In this document: positions 27,574-36,779 of the stretch, piece after piece
Layout: the number at the start of each line of letters is the position of its first letter
Position numbering within the stretch: the stretch's first letter is position 1
Assembly: GCA_045565515.1 (NCBI GenBank)
Contig: JBJLFF010000004.1
Coordinates: 1,359 to 65,358 of the forward strand
Length of the DNA stretch: 64,000 nt
Direction of reading: 5' to 3'
From: Candidatus Puniceispirillales bacterium
Lineage (GTDB): Bacteria; Pseudomonadota; Alphaproteobacteria; Puniceispirillales; GCA-002684695
Notes under the pieces: generated by a model
The model's database searches: none
The model's input: only the letters and a program-made list of their open reading frames with translations
What the model was told of the DNA's origin: nothing
Program-made: the position numbers and the translations under genes

Positions 27574-29490
27574 TTATTCATTATTTTTTAGCCAAAATTG
27601 ATACATTCCTCCAAAAATTTCAGGATGCATTTTTTCTAAATAGTCCCAATTTTTAAGGTTTGATTTATATTTATCATTTGGAAATTTTTCTATGTAATAA
27701 TCTAGTATATCTTTTTGAATAACAAATCCAAGAAATTCAAATTTAAAAAGGTTAAATAGTTCAATTAATTCACCTATACAATATCTATATTCTTGTTTAT
27801 GAAATATTAAATCTCTTACACCTGACAAGTTCCAAAAGCAGTTTGATAAAAATATTTTAGATGCAATATCATAACTAATGTTATTTTCTTGAAAATTGAA
27901 TATATCATTTCTAAATTTTTTCATGTCTTCTGGTGTATCAGAGTAATTTTTTATTTTTATATACTCTTTCATTTTTACTACAAATTTTCTTGCTAATTCA
28001 CTATATAAACCAAGCTTTAAATAACCACCGGGTTTAAGGATGTTTTTTAGAACTCTTAAACCGTCATTAGGCGTCTTCATATGATGAAGAACTCCTGAAC
28101 ACTCAATAACATCAAATTTTTTATTTAATTTAATTAAATTAAGAATATCTGACTGTATGAATTGAACATTATTTATTCCTAATTCATTACATTTTCTCAT
28201 TCCATAGGTTAAGCTAGTAGCACTTAAATCAACAGCTGTAATTTTTACATCACCGTATCTGAAAGCGTCAACAACTTGTTTACCTGTCCCACATCCTGCT
28301 ACTAATAATTCAATTTTTTTTGAATTAAGTTTATTCATGGGAAATTCACCTTGAAGGTCATTATTGATTACATCTTCAATGAATAAAGCTTTTTGAGGTA
28401 ATGATGATACTGACCATCTTGGATAGGGATTTTCTTCATAATGGTTTTTAACTTTAAGTGAAACTGGATCTTGAATTTTACAAAGCACTTTTAAATTAGA
28501 GCTTAAACTTTTTTCAATATTTTTTTCATTAATTTGCAAGCTAATTAAATTAGAAAATTCTAAATTTACAGCCTTATAATCACTAAAGACTTCTGTATTT
28601 TTTAAGATTTCATATAAAGGCTTGTAACAAGCTAAAATCGATAAGCTAACTTCATTTATATTTTCATAGTCAATATCTTTGATTAATTCATATAGTATTT
28701 CATTTTCTCTCTCAGAAGTAATATAACAATATTCATTTAGAAAACATTGATGTGCTAGACTAAAAATAAATTTTTTATTTGGAAGTTCTTTTTGTGTGTA
28801 AGCTAATGTAAGTAATTGAAATCTGATTTCAATTAGGCTTTTTTCAATTTCACTATCCTTTAATGAAAATGACTTCAAACTATTCAAAAATAAACTTTCA
28901 GATAAAAATTTATTTAACTTCGAATTAAAAAAATTATTACTTTCCTTTTTAACTAGTCGTTTTAATTCAATTTTAGGAAAAACAATTTTAAAAACGCGCC
29001 AGATATCTTCATGATCAAATTTTTTTAAATTAATAATAAAGTTTAGAGTTTTTATAATTAAGAATTTATTTTTTTTAATTTCTTCGTTACTTAATGTTTT
29101 TATTAATATATTTAATTGGTCTGTAACAATATTCGTTTCATAATTATTTTTGATAAGATTTTCAAAACACTTTAATGCCTTTTCTACATCTCCTGTAATT
29201 GAACAGCATATGCCAAGGTCAAATATAGATCTATAATTCGAAGGTTGAATTTTTATGATTCTTTCGAGTAATAATACTGCCTCTGAATATCTTTTTTGTT
29301 CATTTAGAAATAAAGTATAAATGTTCATTAAATTTATGGAAAATGGGTAATAATTTATTAATTCCTTAATTTTAATTTCAAAAATTTTAAATTCTTTTGA
29401 ATGATAGAGAGAATAAAAAGCTTCTATAACTTTTGGATCTGGTTCATTTGTAATTGAACTATCAGTATTTTTTGTATTTGTTGCTAACAT
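27574..29490 (-). CDS. TPR-repeat protein fused to a class I SAM-dependent methyltransferase
   Basis: N-terminal TPR-like helices, C-terminal Rossmann methyltransferase with motif I LLVAGCGTGKQ and DVIECSGVLHHM..GLRVLKNILKPGGYL. Confidence 0.8.
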   Translation of the reverse strand: MLATNTKNTDSSITNEPDPKVIEAFYSLYHSKEFKIFEIKIKELINYYPFSINLMNIYTLFLNEQKRYSEAVLLLERIIKIQPSNYRSIFDLGICCSITGDVEKALKCFENLIKNNYETNIVTDQLNILIKTLSNEEIKKNKFLIIKTLNFIINLKKFDHEDIWRVFKIVFPKIELKRLVKKESNNFFNSKLNKFLSESLFLNSLKSFSLKDSEIEKSLIEIRFQLLTLAYTQKELPNKKFIFSLAHQCFLNEYCYITSERENEILYELIKDIDYENINEVSLSILACYKPLYEILKNTEVFSDYKAVNLEFSNLISLQINEKNIEKSLSSNLKVLCKIQDPVSLKVKNHYEENPYPRWSVSSLPQKALFIEDVINNDLQGEFPMNKLNSKKIELLVAGCGTGKQVVDAFRYGDVKITAVDLSATSLTYGMRKCNELGINNVQFIQSDILNLIKLNKKFDVIECSGVLHHMKTPNDGLRVLKNILKPGGYLKLGLYSELARKFVVKMKEYIKIKNYSDTPEDMKKFRNDIFNFQENNISYDIASKIFLSNCFWNLSGVRDLIFHKQEYRYCIGELIELFNLFKFEFLGFVIQKDILDYYIEKFPNDKYKSNLKNWDYLEKMHPEIFGGMYQFWLKNNE

Positions 29491-29801
29491 AATTTTTTCT
29501 CAAAGAATAATTCTTTTTTGCAATCATTATGCCGTTTTAAATTTATTTTATTGAAATTTAATTCATCAAAAACCATTGATTATTGGCCCAAAAAAGCTCA
29601 AGGGATACCATATTTAATTCATTATTTAACAGTAAATCAAAAAACTTAAAAATTTGTAATAAAATATCTTATGCAAAAAGAATAGAATTATTAATATTTA
29701 TGCAATTTTTGAATAACTATAATGACGTTATAGATGTTTATTGTTAACTAAAAATTAAATTAATGTAAGTTACATTTTTTTATTAAGGAGAGAAAATTTA
29801 T

Positions 29802-30779
29802 ATGAAAAAATTTTTAATTTTTATAATCCCTATATTTTTATCATCTTCAAGTTTTGCAGACACTAAATTGTCCTTTGCACTAGATTGGAAATTTGAAGGT
29901 CCAAGTGCCCCATATTTTTATGCTATAGATAAAGGTCATTTTAAAGATGAACATTTAGAGGTTGAAATTTCGCCAGGAAAAGGATCATTAGATGCAATTC
30001 CTAAAGTAGCCACTGGTGCATATCCAGTTGGATTTGCAGATATTAATAGTTTAATTAAATTCTTGGATAAGAATCCTGGAGCTCCAGTAATTGCTGTAAT
30101 GATGGTATATGATAAACCTCCTTTTGCAATTGCTGGAAGGAAAAGTCTTGGTGTTAATTCCCCTAGTGATTTAGAAGGAAAAATTTTAGGTGCACCTCCA
30201 CCAGATGGAGCATGGGCACAATTTCCACCATTTGCTTCAGCAAATAACATTAATATTGATAATATAAAGATTGAACCAGTTGGTTTCCCAACTAGAGAGC
30301 CTATGTTGGCAGAAAAAAATGTTGATGCAATAACTGGGTATTCTTTTTCTATGTTTTTAAATCTAGTAAGGTTAGGGGTGCCAGAGGATGATATTTCTAT
30401 AATGTTAATGGCAAACCATGGTTTAGAATTGTACGGTAATGCTATCATAGTTAACACTGATTACGCTAAAGCTAATCCTGATAATATTAAGGGTTTCCTT
30501 CGTGCTGTCTCTAAAGGATGGATTGATGCAATGGAAAGTCCAGAAGATGCAGTAAAAAGTATGATTGCTAGAAATCCTGCAGCTGATTTAGCTTTGGAAA
30601 CAAGAAGACTAAAACTTGCTATAGACGGAAATGTCCATACAGATTACGTAAAGAAAAATGGTATGGGAAAAATCGATAATTCTAGAATGGACAAAGCTTT
30701 GCTTCAGTTAGCTCAGACATATGAATTTTCAACTAATCCTGATATTTCATCCTTTTATACTGATGAATATCTCCCATGA
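29802..30779 (+). CDS. ABC transporter substrate-binding protein, NMT1/THI5-like (NitT/TauT family)
   Basis: Signal peptide (MKKFLIFIIPIFLSSSSFA), LDWKFEGPSAPYFYAIDKGHFKDEHLEV typical of NMT1/SsuA/TauA-like binding proteins, AAGGAG 8 nt upstream of the ATG. Followed by ATPase and permease genes in tauABC-like order. Confidence 0.8.
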   Translation: MKKFLIFIIPIFLSSSSFADTKLSFALDWKFEGPSAPYFYAIDKGHFKDEHLEVEISPGKGSLDAIPKVATGAYPVGFADINSLIKFLDKNPGAPVIAVMMVYDKPPFAIAGRKSLGVNSPSDLEGKILGAPPPDGAWAQFPPFASANNINIDNIKIEPVGFPTREPMLAEKNVDAITGYSFSMFLNLVRLGVPEDDISIMLMANHGLELYGNAIIVNTDYAKANPDNIKGFLRAVSKGWIDAMESPEDAVKSMIARNPAADLALETRRLKLAIDGNVHTDYVKKNGMGKIDNSRMDKALLQLAQTYEFSTNPDISSFYTDEYLP

Positions 30780-30787
30780 AAATAAAA

Positions 30788-30818
30788 TATATGGGGTAGA
30801 CTATATCTACCCCATATA
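30788..30818 (+). promoter_or_regulatory. Perfect 12-bp intercistronic hairpin after the binding-protein gene
   Basis: TATATGGGGTAG (30788-30799), loop ACTATAT, CTACCCCATATA (30807-30818). No T tract follows. Lies between the SBP stop (30779) and the ATPase start (30832). Confidence 0.5.
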
Positions 30819-30831
30819 CTAAGCATATTTA

Positions 30832-31605
30832 ATGCATATTGATATTAGAGACGTTTCACACGAATACCAAACAAATCAAGGTTTACTTCCTGTTATAAAA
30901 AATCTTTCCATTTCAGTTAAGAAGGGTGGTTTTACTGCTATTGTAGGACCGTCAGGTTGCGGAAAATCAACTATTACCAGATTGGTTAGCGGCTTGTTAA
31001 AGCCTTCTAAAGGAAGTATTTTTATTTCTAATGAGAAAGTGATTTCTCCTCTTTCAACTGTTGGGATGGCTTTTCAGAACCCTGTTCTTTTAGAGTGGAG
31101 AAATGTAATTAATAATATAATTCTACCACTAGAAATAGTCTCTAAAAATTTAAAATATAATTTTAAAAGGAAGAGGGCTTTAGAACTACTTAAGCTTGTT
31201 GGCTTAGAGGATTTTGAATTGAATTTACCATCAGAGCTTTCTGGTGGTATGAAACAAAGAGTTTCATTATGTAGATCTCTTGTACATAAACCAGAGGTAT
31301 TGATTTTAGACGAGCCTTTTGCAGCTCTTGATGCTTTTACTAGAGAGGATCTTTGGAATGTAATGCTCAAGTTAAAAAGTGAACAAGACTTTACATGTAT
31401 TCTTATAACTCATGACCTCAGAGAAGCTGTTTATTTAGCTGATCAAGTTATTGTTTTATCAGGAAGGCCAGCAACATTACAATATACTGTACAGTCTGAC
31501 TTTAAGAAAAATAAAACTATTTCAGATTTGTATTCTTCAAAAGTAACTAAATTACTTTCAACGCTTAGACAGCAGATTGAGATAGCTCAGAGTAAAAATG
31601 AATAA
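30832..31605 (+). CDS. ABC transporter ATP-binding protein (NitT/TauT family)
   Basis: Walker A GPSGCGKST, signature LSGGMKQR, Walker B LILDEPF, H-loop ITHD. Confidence 0.9.
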   Translation: MHIDIRDVSHEYQTNQGLLPVIKNLSISVKKGGFTAIVGPSGCGKSTITRLVSGLLKPSKGSIFISNEKVISPLSTVGMAFQNPVLLEWRNVINNIILPLEIVSKNLKYNFKRKRALELLKLVGLEDFELNLPSELSGGMKQRVSLCRSLVHKPEVLILDEPFAALDAFTREDLWNVMLKLKSEQDFTCILITHDLREAVYLADQVIVLSGRPATLQYTVQSDFKKNKTISDLYSSKVTKLLSTLRQQIEIAQSKNE

Positions 31606-32356
31606 AATTTATAGCATAACCATACCTTTATTAAGCCTCGTAATCTTTTGTTTATTATGGGAATTTTTGGTTTGGTTTAATGATTGGCCAAATTATAAAA
31701 TGGCTTCACCATCTGATTTATGGCCAGCATTTTGGAAATTTAAATACCTTTTCCTTGTATATGGTTGGGAAACATTTTGGAGAACTGTTGTTGGTTTGAT
31801 TTTATCAGTTTTTGTTGGCTTAAGTTTAGGCGTTATTATGGGTTTCTCTAAGACTATGAGGATAGCTTTATACCCTTTATTAGTTGGTTTCAATGCAATC
31901 CCAAAAGCTACGGTAGTCCCTGTAATCGCATTAATTTTTGTTGGCATGCATAATATGAATACTATTTTAATTGTAATTCTAATATCATTTTTTCCAATTT
32001 CAGTTTCTATTTCCATAGGCTTATCTACTTTAGAAAGAGAATATGAAGACATTCTTTTATCTTTAGGAGCGAGTAAGTTTCAAATTTTTTACAAAATTGC
32101 ATTACCTAAAACTTTACCAGAATTTTTTGGAGCTCTAAAAGTATCCACAACGCTTGCATTTATTGGAACAAACTTAATGGAGATAATTGAGCCGCATGGT
32201 AAAGGATTAGGCCATCTTTTTGATAGTGGAAAAATCAGCGCTGATTACCCATTAATGTTTGCAGTTTTGATATCGTTGGCTTTGATGGGTATATTTTTAT
32301 ATTACATAGTTGTTTTTCTTGAGAACACTTTTGCTGGCTGGGCAATTAAGAATTAA
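31598..32356 (+). CDS. ABC transporter permease (NitT/TauT family)
   Basis: Six hydrophobic helices, BPD-type EAA-like loop (LGASKFQIFYKIALPKTLP), 8-nt overlap with the ATPase gene. Confidence 0.85.
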   Translation: MNKIYSITIPLLSLVIFCLLWEFLVWFNDWPNYKMASPSDLWPAFWKFKYLFLVYGWETFWRTVVGLILSVFVGLSLGVIMGFSKTMRIALYPLLVGFNAIPKATVVPVIALIFVGMHNMNTILIVILISFFPISVSISIGLSTLEREYEDILLSLGASKFQIFYKIALPKTLPEFFGALKVSTTLAFIGTNLMEIIEPHGKGLGHLFDSGKISADYPLMFAVLISLALMGIFLYYIVVFLENTFAGWAIKN

Positions 32357-32359
32357 TTT

Positions 32360-33172
32360 TTACTTTTCTCTTCCGAGATATTGAGCGCCAAGCATTAAAG
32401 TTGTTGATAAAATTATCATTAATGTTGAAATAGCTGCAATAGTTGGATCAATATAATCTCTTAGTGCATTAAACATTTGTTTAGTGAGTGTTGAATTGCC
32501 TCCTCCTGATAAGAATATTGATATTATAACTTCATCAAATGATGTTAAGAACGCAAATAAGGCTGAAATAATTACTGAAAATTTAATTTGAGGTAAAGTT
32601 ATTTGAAAAAATGCCCTTATACGAGATGCTCCAAGGCTTCTTGCAACTAACTCTTGGTTTAAATCATATGTTCTTAGTGCTGAAGTCATGATTATCATGA
32701 CTATTGGTATTGCAAGAACAGTATGCGCTAAAACAAGACCAGGTATTGAGTTCACAACACCTACTTTTCCAAAGACGTAAAATGTACCTATTGCAATCAA
32801 AATTACTGGAATAATCATTGGTGTCATTAATAAAAAGAAAACAAATTTTCCTAATTTACTTCCAGAAACGTAGAGCCCATAAGCAGCCATAGTTCCAAAT
32901 GGTGTCGCTAAAAGCATTGTAAAAAAAGCAATTTTAAGTGAGGTTACAGTAGCATTTATCCAACGAGGTGTTTCCCAATACTCATTATACCAACGCAAAG
33001 ACCATTCTTTTGGAGGGAATTCCAAATATTGAGACTCTGAAAAGGACATTGGAATTACTATTATGGTGGGAAAGATTAATAAAAACATTATAATAGATGC
33101 AATTAAGTATAGCCAAATTCGCTCACCATGCGTTATTTGAGTATCTGAAGCTTGCTTTCTAAACCAATTCAT
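32360..33172 (-). CDS. ABC permease, PotC/PotI-like (polyamine-type importer)
   Basis: Six TM helices, EAA loop ARSLGASRIRAFFQITLPQIK, last gene of an SBP-ATPase-permease-permease operon. Confidence 0.85.
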   Translation of the reverse strand: MNWFRKQASDTQITHGERIWLYLIASIIMFLLIFPTIIVIPMSFSESQYLEFPPKEWSLRWYNEYWETPRWINATVTSLKIAFFTMLLATPFGTMAAYGLYVSGSKLGKFVFFLLMTPMIIPVILIAIGTFYVFGKVGVVNSIPGLVLAHTVLAIPIVMIIMTSALRTYDLNQELVARSLGASRIRAFFQITLPQIKFSVIISALFAFLTSFDEVIISIFLSGGGNSTLTKQMFNALRDYIDPTIAAISTLMIILSTTLMLGAQYLGREK

Positions 33173-34041
33173 TAACTTCTTCCAAACATTATACTATCTA
33201 ATTTCAACAGCCTTGATGCTAACAATAAAAAAATAAAAGTAGTGACAAGCAAAACAACTCCAAGAGCGCTTGCAGCTCCCCAATTAAATTGGTCTTCTAA
33301 TATTGCAGTTATTTGCATTGAGACCATTATAACTTTTCCACCCCCAAGAACAGCTGGTGTAACATAAAATCCCAAACAAAGAATAAAAACAATAAGAGAT
33401 CCTGCAGCAACACCTGGCAAAGATAAAGGCACAAATACCTGCCAAAAAGCTTGAAAGGGGTTTGCGCCTAAGTTAGATGCAGCCTGAATAGTTTGACGAT
33501 CAATTCGTTGCATCGCTGCGTAAAGAGGTAAAACCATAAATGGAAGCATTATATGTATCATACCTATAAGAGTTCCATTTAAGTTATGTGCTAGCTTTAT
33601 CGGTGTTTCCCATATCCCAAGTTCTATAGCATAACTATTAATCAAGCCTTTTTTTTGAAGAAGTACAAGCCAAGCATATGTTCTTACCAAAAGAGATGTC
33701 CAGAAAGGGAGTAAAACAGTAATCATAAAAATACCAACTAGTTTTTTAGGTATTTGTGAAAGAAAATAAGCTAGCGGGTATCCAAGTAAAATACAGAATA
33801 GAGTAGTTAAAAAACTTACATTAAATGTAGTTTTAAAAACTCTAAAGTATGATTTATAAACTATCATCTTTTGATAATTTTCAAATGAGAAATCACCGCT
33901 TTTACCAATAAAGGATAAAGAAAATAACCAACCAACTGGAATAACTATTATTAGTGTCACAGAGATTAATGCTGGAATAGTTAAAGCAGTTAGCATTAAC
34001 TGTTCTTTTCTTTCAGCAGTTTTCAATAGTTTTTCATTCAT
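33172..34041 (-). CDS. ABC permease, PotB/PotH-like (polyamine-type importer)
   Basis: Six TM helices, EAA loop AASNLGANPFQAFWQVFVPLSLPG, 1-nt overlap with the downstream permease. Confidence 0.85.
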   Translation of the reverse strand: MNEKLLKTAERKEQLMLTALTIPALISVTLIIVIPVGWLFSLSFIGKSGDFSFENYQKMIVYKSYFRVFKTTFNVSFLTTLFCILLGYPLAYFLSQIPKKLVGIFMITVLLPFWTSLLVRTYAWLVLLQKKGLINSYAIELGIWETPIKLAHNLNGTLIGMIHIMLPFMVLPLYAAMQRIDRQTIQAASNLGANPFQAFWQVFVPLSLPGVAAGSLIVFILCLGFYVTPAVLGGGKVIMVSMQITAILEDQFNWGAASALGVVLLVTTFIFLLLASRLLKLDSIMFGRS

Positions 34042-34052
34042 AGAATTTCAAA

Positions 34053-35141
34053 TTAATTTGAAGGAATAACAATTATATCCTTTTGGTTCATATACATCTT
34101 TATTTTATTACCTATCGAAAGGTTACCAAAATCCTCGCTCGTTTTAGTGCTTAACCTAACGGATAAATAATGACCTTCATTTAACTTTACCAATGTAAGT
34201 GCGGTCTCACCTTGAAATACTAATTCTGATATTTCACCTGAAAAATGAATATTTGATGATGACTTTTTATAGTTCTTATCAACTATTGATAATCTCTCTG
34301 GTCTAATAACTAGTGACCATTTCTTATTTTTATCATTTGTATTAATGTTTGAAATTTTTTCAGAATGAAAATATAAGTTGCCCTTTTTTTTCTCTAATGG
34401 AATAAAAGAAGATTCCCCGATAAAGTCCGCAACAAAGGATGAGTTTGGAGAATTATAAATTTCTTTAGGATTACCTAATTGCTCTATTTTACCTTCATTA
34501 ATAACTGCTATTCTATCTGACATTGTAAGGGCTTCACGTTGGTCGTGAGTTACATATACTGTAGTAACACCAAGTTTTCTGTGAAGTTGTTTTAACTCAA
34601 TTTGCATTTGTTCTCTTAGTTTCTTATCTAAAGCTGATAATGGCTCATCCATTAATAAAATTCTGGGACCAAATACAAAAGCTCTTGCAAGAGCAACTCT
34701 TTGTCTCTGACCACCAGATAGCTGATCAATTTTTCTTGAGCTATAATCTGATAATTGAACTGTCTTTAAAGCATCTAATACTCTGTTTTCAATTTCGATA
34801 GTAGATACTTTTCTAAGTTTCAATGGGAAAGCAACGTTTTCAAAAACTGACATATGAGGGAATAAAGCATAATTTTGAAAAACCATACCCACCTCTCTTT
34901 TATGAGGAGGGGTAAGTATCATTTCTTGATCAGCAAACTTAATACTACCTTTGTCAGGTCTATTAAAACCAGCAATTGCCATCAATAAAGTAGTTTTACC
35001 AGATCCTGAGGGTCCTAGTAATGTTAAGAACTCACCTGCTTTAATATCTATGCTTACTGTGTCAAGAGCAAAAACTTTTCCGTAACTCTTTGTAAGATCT
35101 TTGATAGATATAGCTAAAGAGGAGTGTTCTGGTGAATTCAT
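34053..35141 (-). CDS. ABC transporter ATP-binding protein, PotA/PotG-like
   Basis: Walker A GPSGSGKTT, LSGGQRQRVALARA, LLMDEPLSALD, plus a C-terminal TOBE-like regulatory domain. Confidence 0.9.
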   Translation of the reverse strand: MNSPEHSSLAISIKDLTKSYGKVFALDTVSIDIKAGEFLTLLGPSGSGKTTLLMAIAGFNRPDKGSIKFADQEMILTPPHKREVGMVFQNYALFPHMSVFENVAFPLKLRKVSTIEIENRVLDALKTVQLSDYSSRKIDQLSGGQRQRVALARAFVFGPRILLMDEPLSALDKKLREQMQIELKQLHRKLGVTTVYVTHDQREALTMSDRIAVINEGKIEQLGNPKEIYNSPNSSFVADFIGESSFIPLEKKKGNLYFHSEKISNINTNDKNKKWSLVIRPERLSIVDKNYKKSSSNIHFSGEISELVFQGETALTLVKLNEGHYLSVRLSTKTSEDFGNLSIGNKIKMYMNQKDIIVIPSN

Positions 35142-35158
35142 TTTGACATTTATATTGT

Positions 35159-35195
35159 AATTGCTGATGTTGACTTTAAATCAACATCAGCAATT
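35159..35195 (-). promoter_or_regulatory. Perfect 15-bp intercistronic hairpin between the binding-protein and ATPase genes
   Basis: AATTGCTGATGTTGA (35159-35173), loop CTTTAAA, TCAACATCAGCAATT (35181-35195). No U tract on the transcribed (minus) strand. Confidence 0.55.
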
Positions 35196-35204
35196 GATTT
35201 AGAT

Positions 35205-36281
35205 TTATTCGCTTAGAAATTCCATATATTTTTCTAATGCTACTTCTCTATTATTCGCATACCAATCAAGGCTCACTGCTAACATACTTGAGAAGTTTTT
35301 AGGATGTGATGGCAACGCTTCAATCAATTCTTTTGGAGCAGTTGTTATCTCATAAGCTTCCTTATTAGTTGGCCCATATGTGATGTGAAATGGAAGGTTT
35401 GCCTGATACTTTGCCTTTGAAATTTCTCCAAGAAACTTCATTGCCATATCTTTATTTGGTGCACCTTTAGGAATAGCAAAACAATCATAATCTCTTAAAG
35501 CTTCATTAAAAGTGTAGCCAACTTTAGCTCCATCTTTTTTAGCATTATCAAAACGACCATTCCAGCCTGTTATAAAATCAACTTCTTCGTCTTTCATTAA
35601 CTGAGCTTGCATAGCTCCAGATTTCCAGTAAACTGAAATATGTGGTTTTAACTCTCTAATTTTATCTATTGCTTTGTCTATTCCACCTTCACTTGACAAG
35701 AAATCATAAACTTCATTCATTGGAACCCCCATTGCCATTACAGCGGGTTCTAATACACCATCGACATTATTCAATCTAAGTGATCTAGTGCCGGGGAATT
35801 TTTCAACATTCCAGAAGTCAGCCCATGAATTTGGAGCCCCTGGGGTTCCTGGTTCACCATATTTTTCAGTGTTCCATGCAGCTACAGTTGCAAAAACATC
35901 TGATCCGATACAATGGTCAGTATAGGTATTATCTAAAAAGTTAGATACATCCACAACATTGAAATCAATTTTTTCAAGTGCTCCATTTTTGGCAGCATTC
36001 GCTGCGCCTCCAGAACCAGTTACTACTAGATCCCAAATAACGGCTCCAGACTCTACTTGTAGCATAACTTTTGACATACTAGCACCAGATTCTCTGTTTA
36101 TCGCTATACCTGAATCTCTAGAAGCATCTGTAAATAAAGCTGCATCTTGCGCTTTCCCATATGATCCTCCCCAAGAAACAACAGTTACGGCGTCTGCTAG
36201 AGCTGATCCAGCAAGTAAAGTTGAAAAAGCAGTTACATAAAGCATTTTGCTTTTAAGTATTTTTTTAATATTTAGATACAT
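35205..36281 (-). CDS. Periplasmic substrate-binding protein, PotD/PotF-like (family 1 solute-binding)
   Basis: Signal peptide ending ...AGSALA, VTVVSWGGSYGKAQ motif typical of PotD/PotF-type proteins, strong GGAGGGG Shine-Dalgarno upstream of the ATG. First gene of a potFGHI-ordered operon. Confidence 0.8.
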   Translation of the reverse strand: MYLNIKKILKSKMLYVTAFSTLLAGSALADAVTVVSWGGSYGKAQDAALFTDASRDSGIAINRESGASMSKVMLQVESGAVIWDLVVTGSGGAANAAKNGALEKIDFNVVDVSNFLDNTYTDHCIGSDVFATVAAWNTEKYGEPGTPGAPNSWADFWNVEKFPGTRSLRLNNVDGVLEPAVMAMGVPMNEVYDFLSSEGGIDKAIDKIRELKPHISVYWKSGAMQAQLMKDEEVDFITGWNGRFDNAKKDGAKVGYTFNEALRDYDCFAIPKGAPNKDMAMKFLGEISKAKYQANLPFHITYGPTNKEAYEITTAPKELIEALPSHPKNFSSMLAVSLDWYANNREVALEKYMEFLSE

Positions 36282-36474
36282 ATAAACCCCTCCACTAAAT
36301 TTAAATTTAATTCAATTAACAATTTACTATCAAAATTTAATTTGCAACATTTTAATTATATTATTTAAATAGATTTTTAAATTAGTATTATTTAGAATAT
36401 CAATTAAAAGATAAATTTCTATTAACAAATGATCTTTTCAATTTAAAAAAACAGAAATTATAAAAGGAAAAAAA

Positions 36475-36759
36475 GTGAAAATATTAGTTACAGTAAATAT
36501 ATCTAAAGGTTTTGATACATGGACAAAAATGAGTAAGGACCTAGCCCCAGAAGCAGAAAAAAATGGTATTAAAACTATATGGGCAGGAGCAAACCCTGAT
36601 GAGACACAAGTTTACGTTGTAGTTGAAGTGCAAGACCCAATTCAGATGAAAACATTTGGTGAGCGTGAGGATATAGCAAAGGCTAGAGAAGAGGCTGGAG
36701 CTGATGTGGCAAGCACAAAGATAATTTCACCTATTGGAAAGGACTTTATGCCAAATTAA
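36475..36759 (+). CDS. Small conserved-looking hypothetical protein (94 aa)
   Basis: GTG start with AAGGA upstream. Alternating beta-alpha-beta pattern (KILVTVNI / FDTWTKM.. / QVYVVVEV / ..AKAREEAG) suggests a ferredoxin-like small domain. No motif that I can name. Confidence 0.5.
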   Translation: MKILVTVNISKGFDTWTKMSKDLAPEAEKNGIKTIWAGANPDETQVYVVVEVQDPIQMKTFGEREDIAKAREEAGADVASTKIISPIGKDFMPN

Positions 36760-36779
36760 TTCTGAGAAAGGCTGATAAG

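Noticed and set aside
29491-29801. TPP (THI-box) or SAM riboswitch upstream of the NMT1/THI5-like binding protein, whose ThiY relatives bind pyrimidine precursors
   Set aside because: I looked for the conserved CTGAGA ... ACCTGATCTGGATAATGCCAGCG core and found nothing similar. The spacer is AT-rich with only short repeats (TTATGCAA twice). I cannot reliably recall the SAM-V consensus, so that was not tested properly.
29936-30457. 173-aa antisense ORF within the NMT1-type binding-protein gene
   Set aside because: Shadow ORF. The sense frame carries a signal peptide, an RBS and family motifs.
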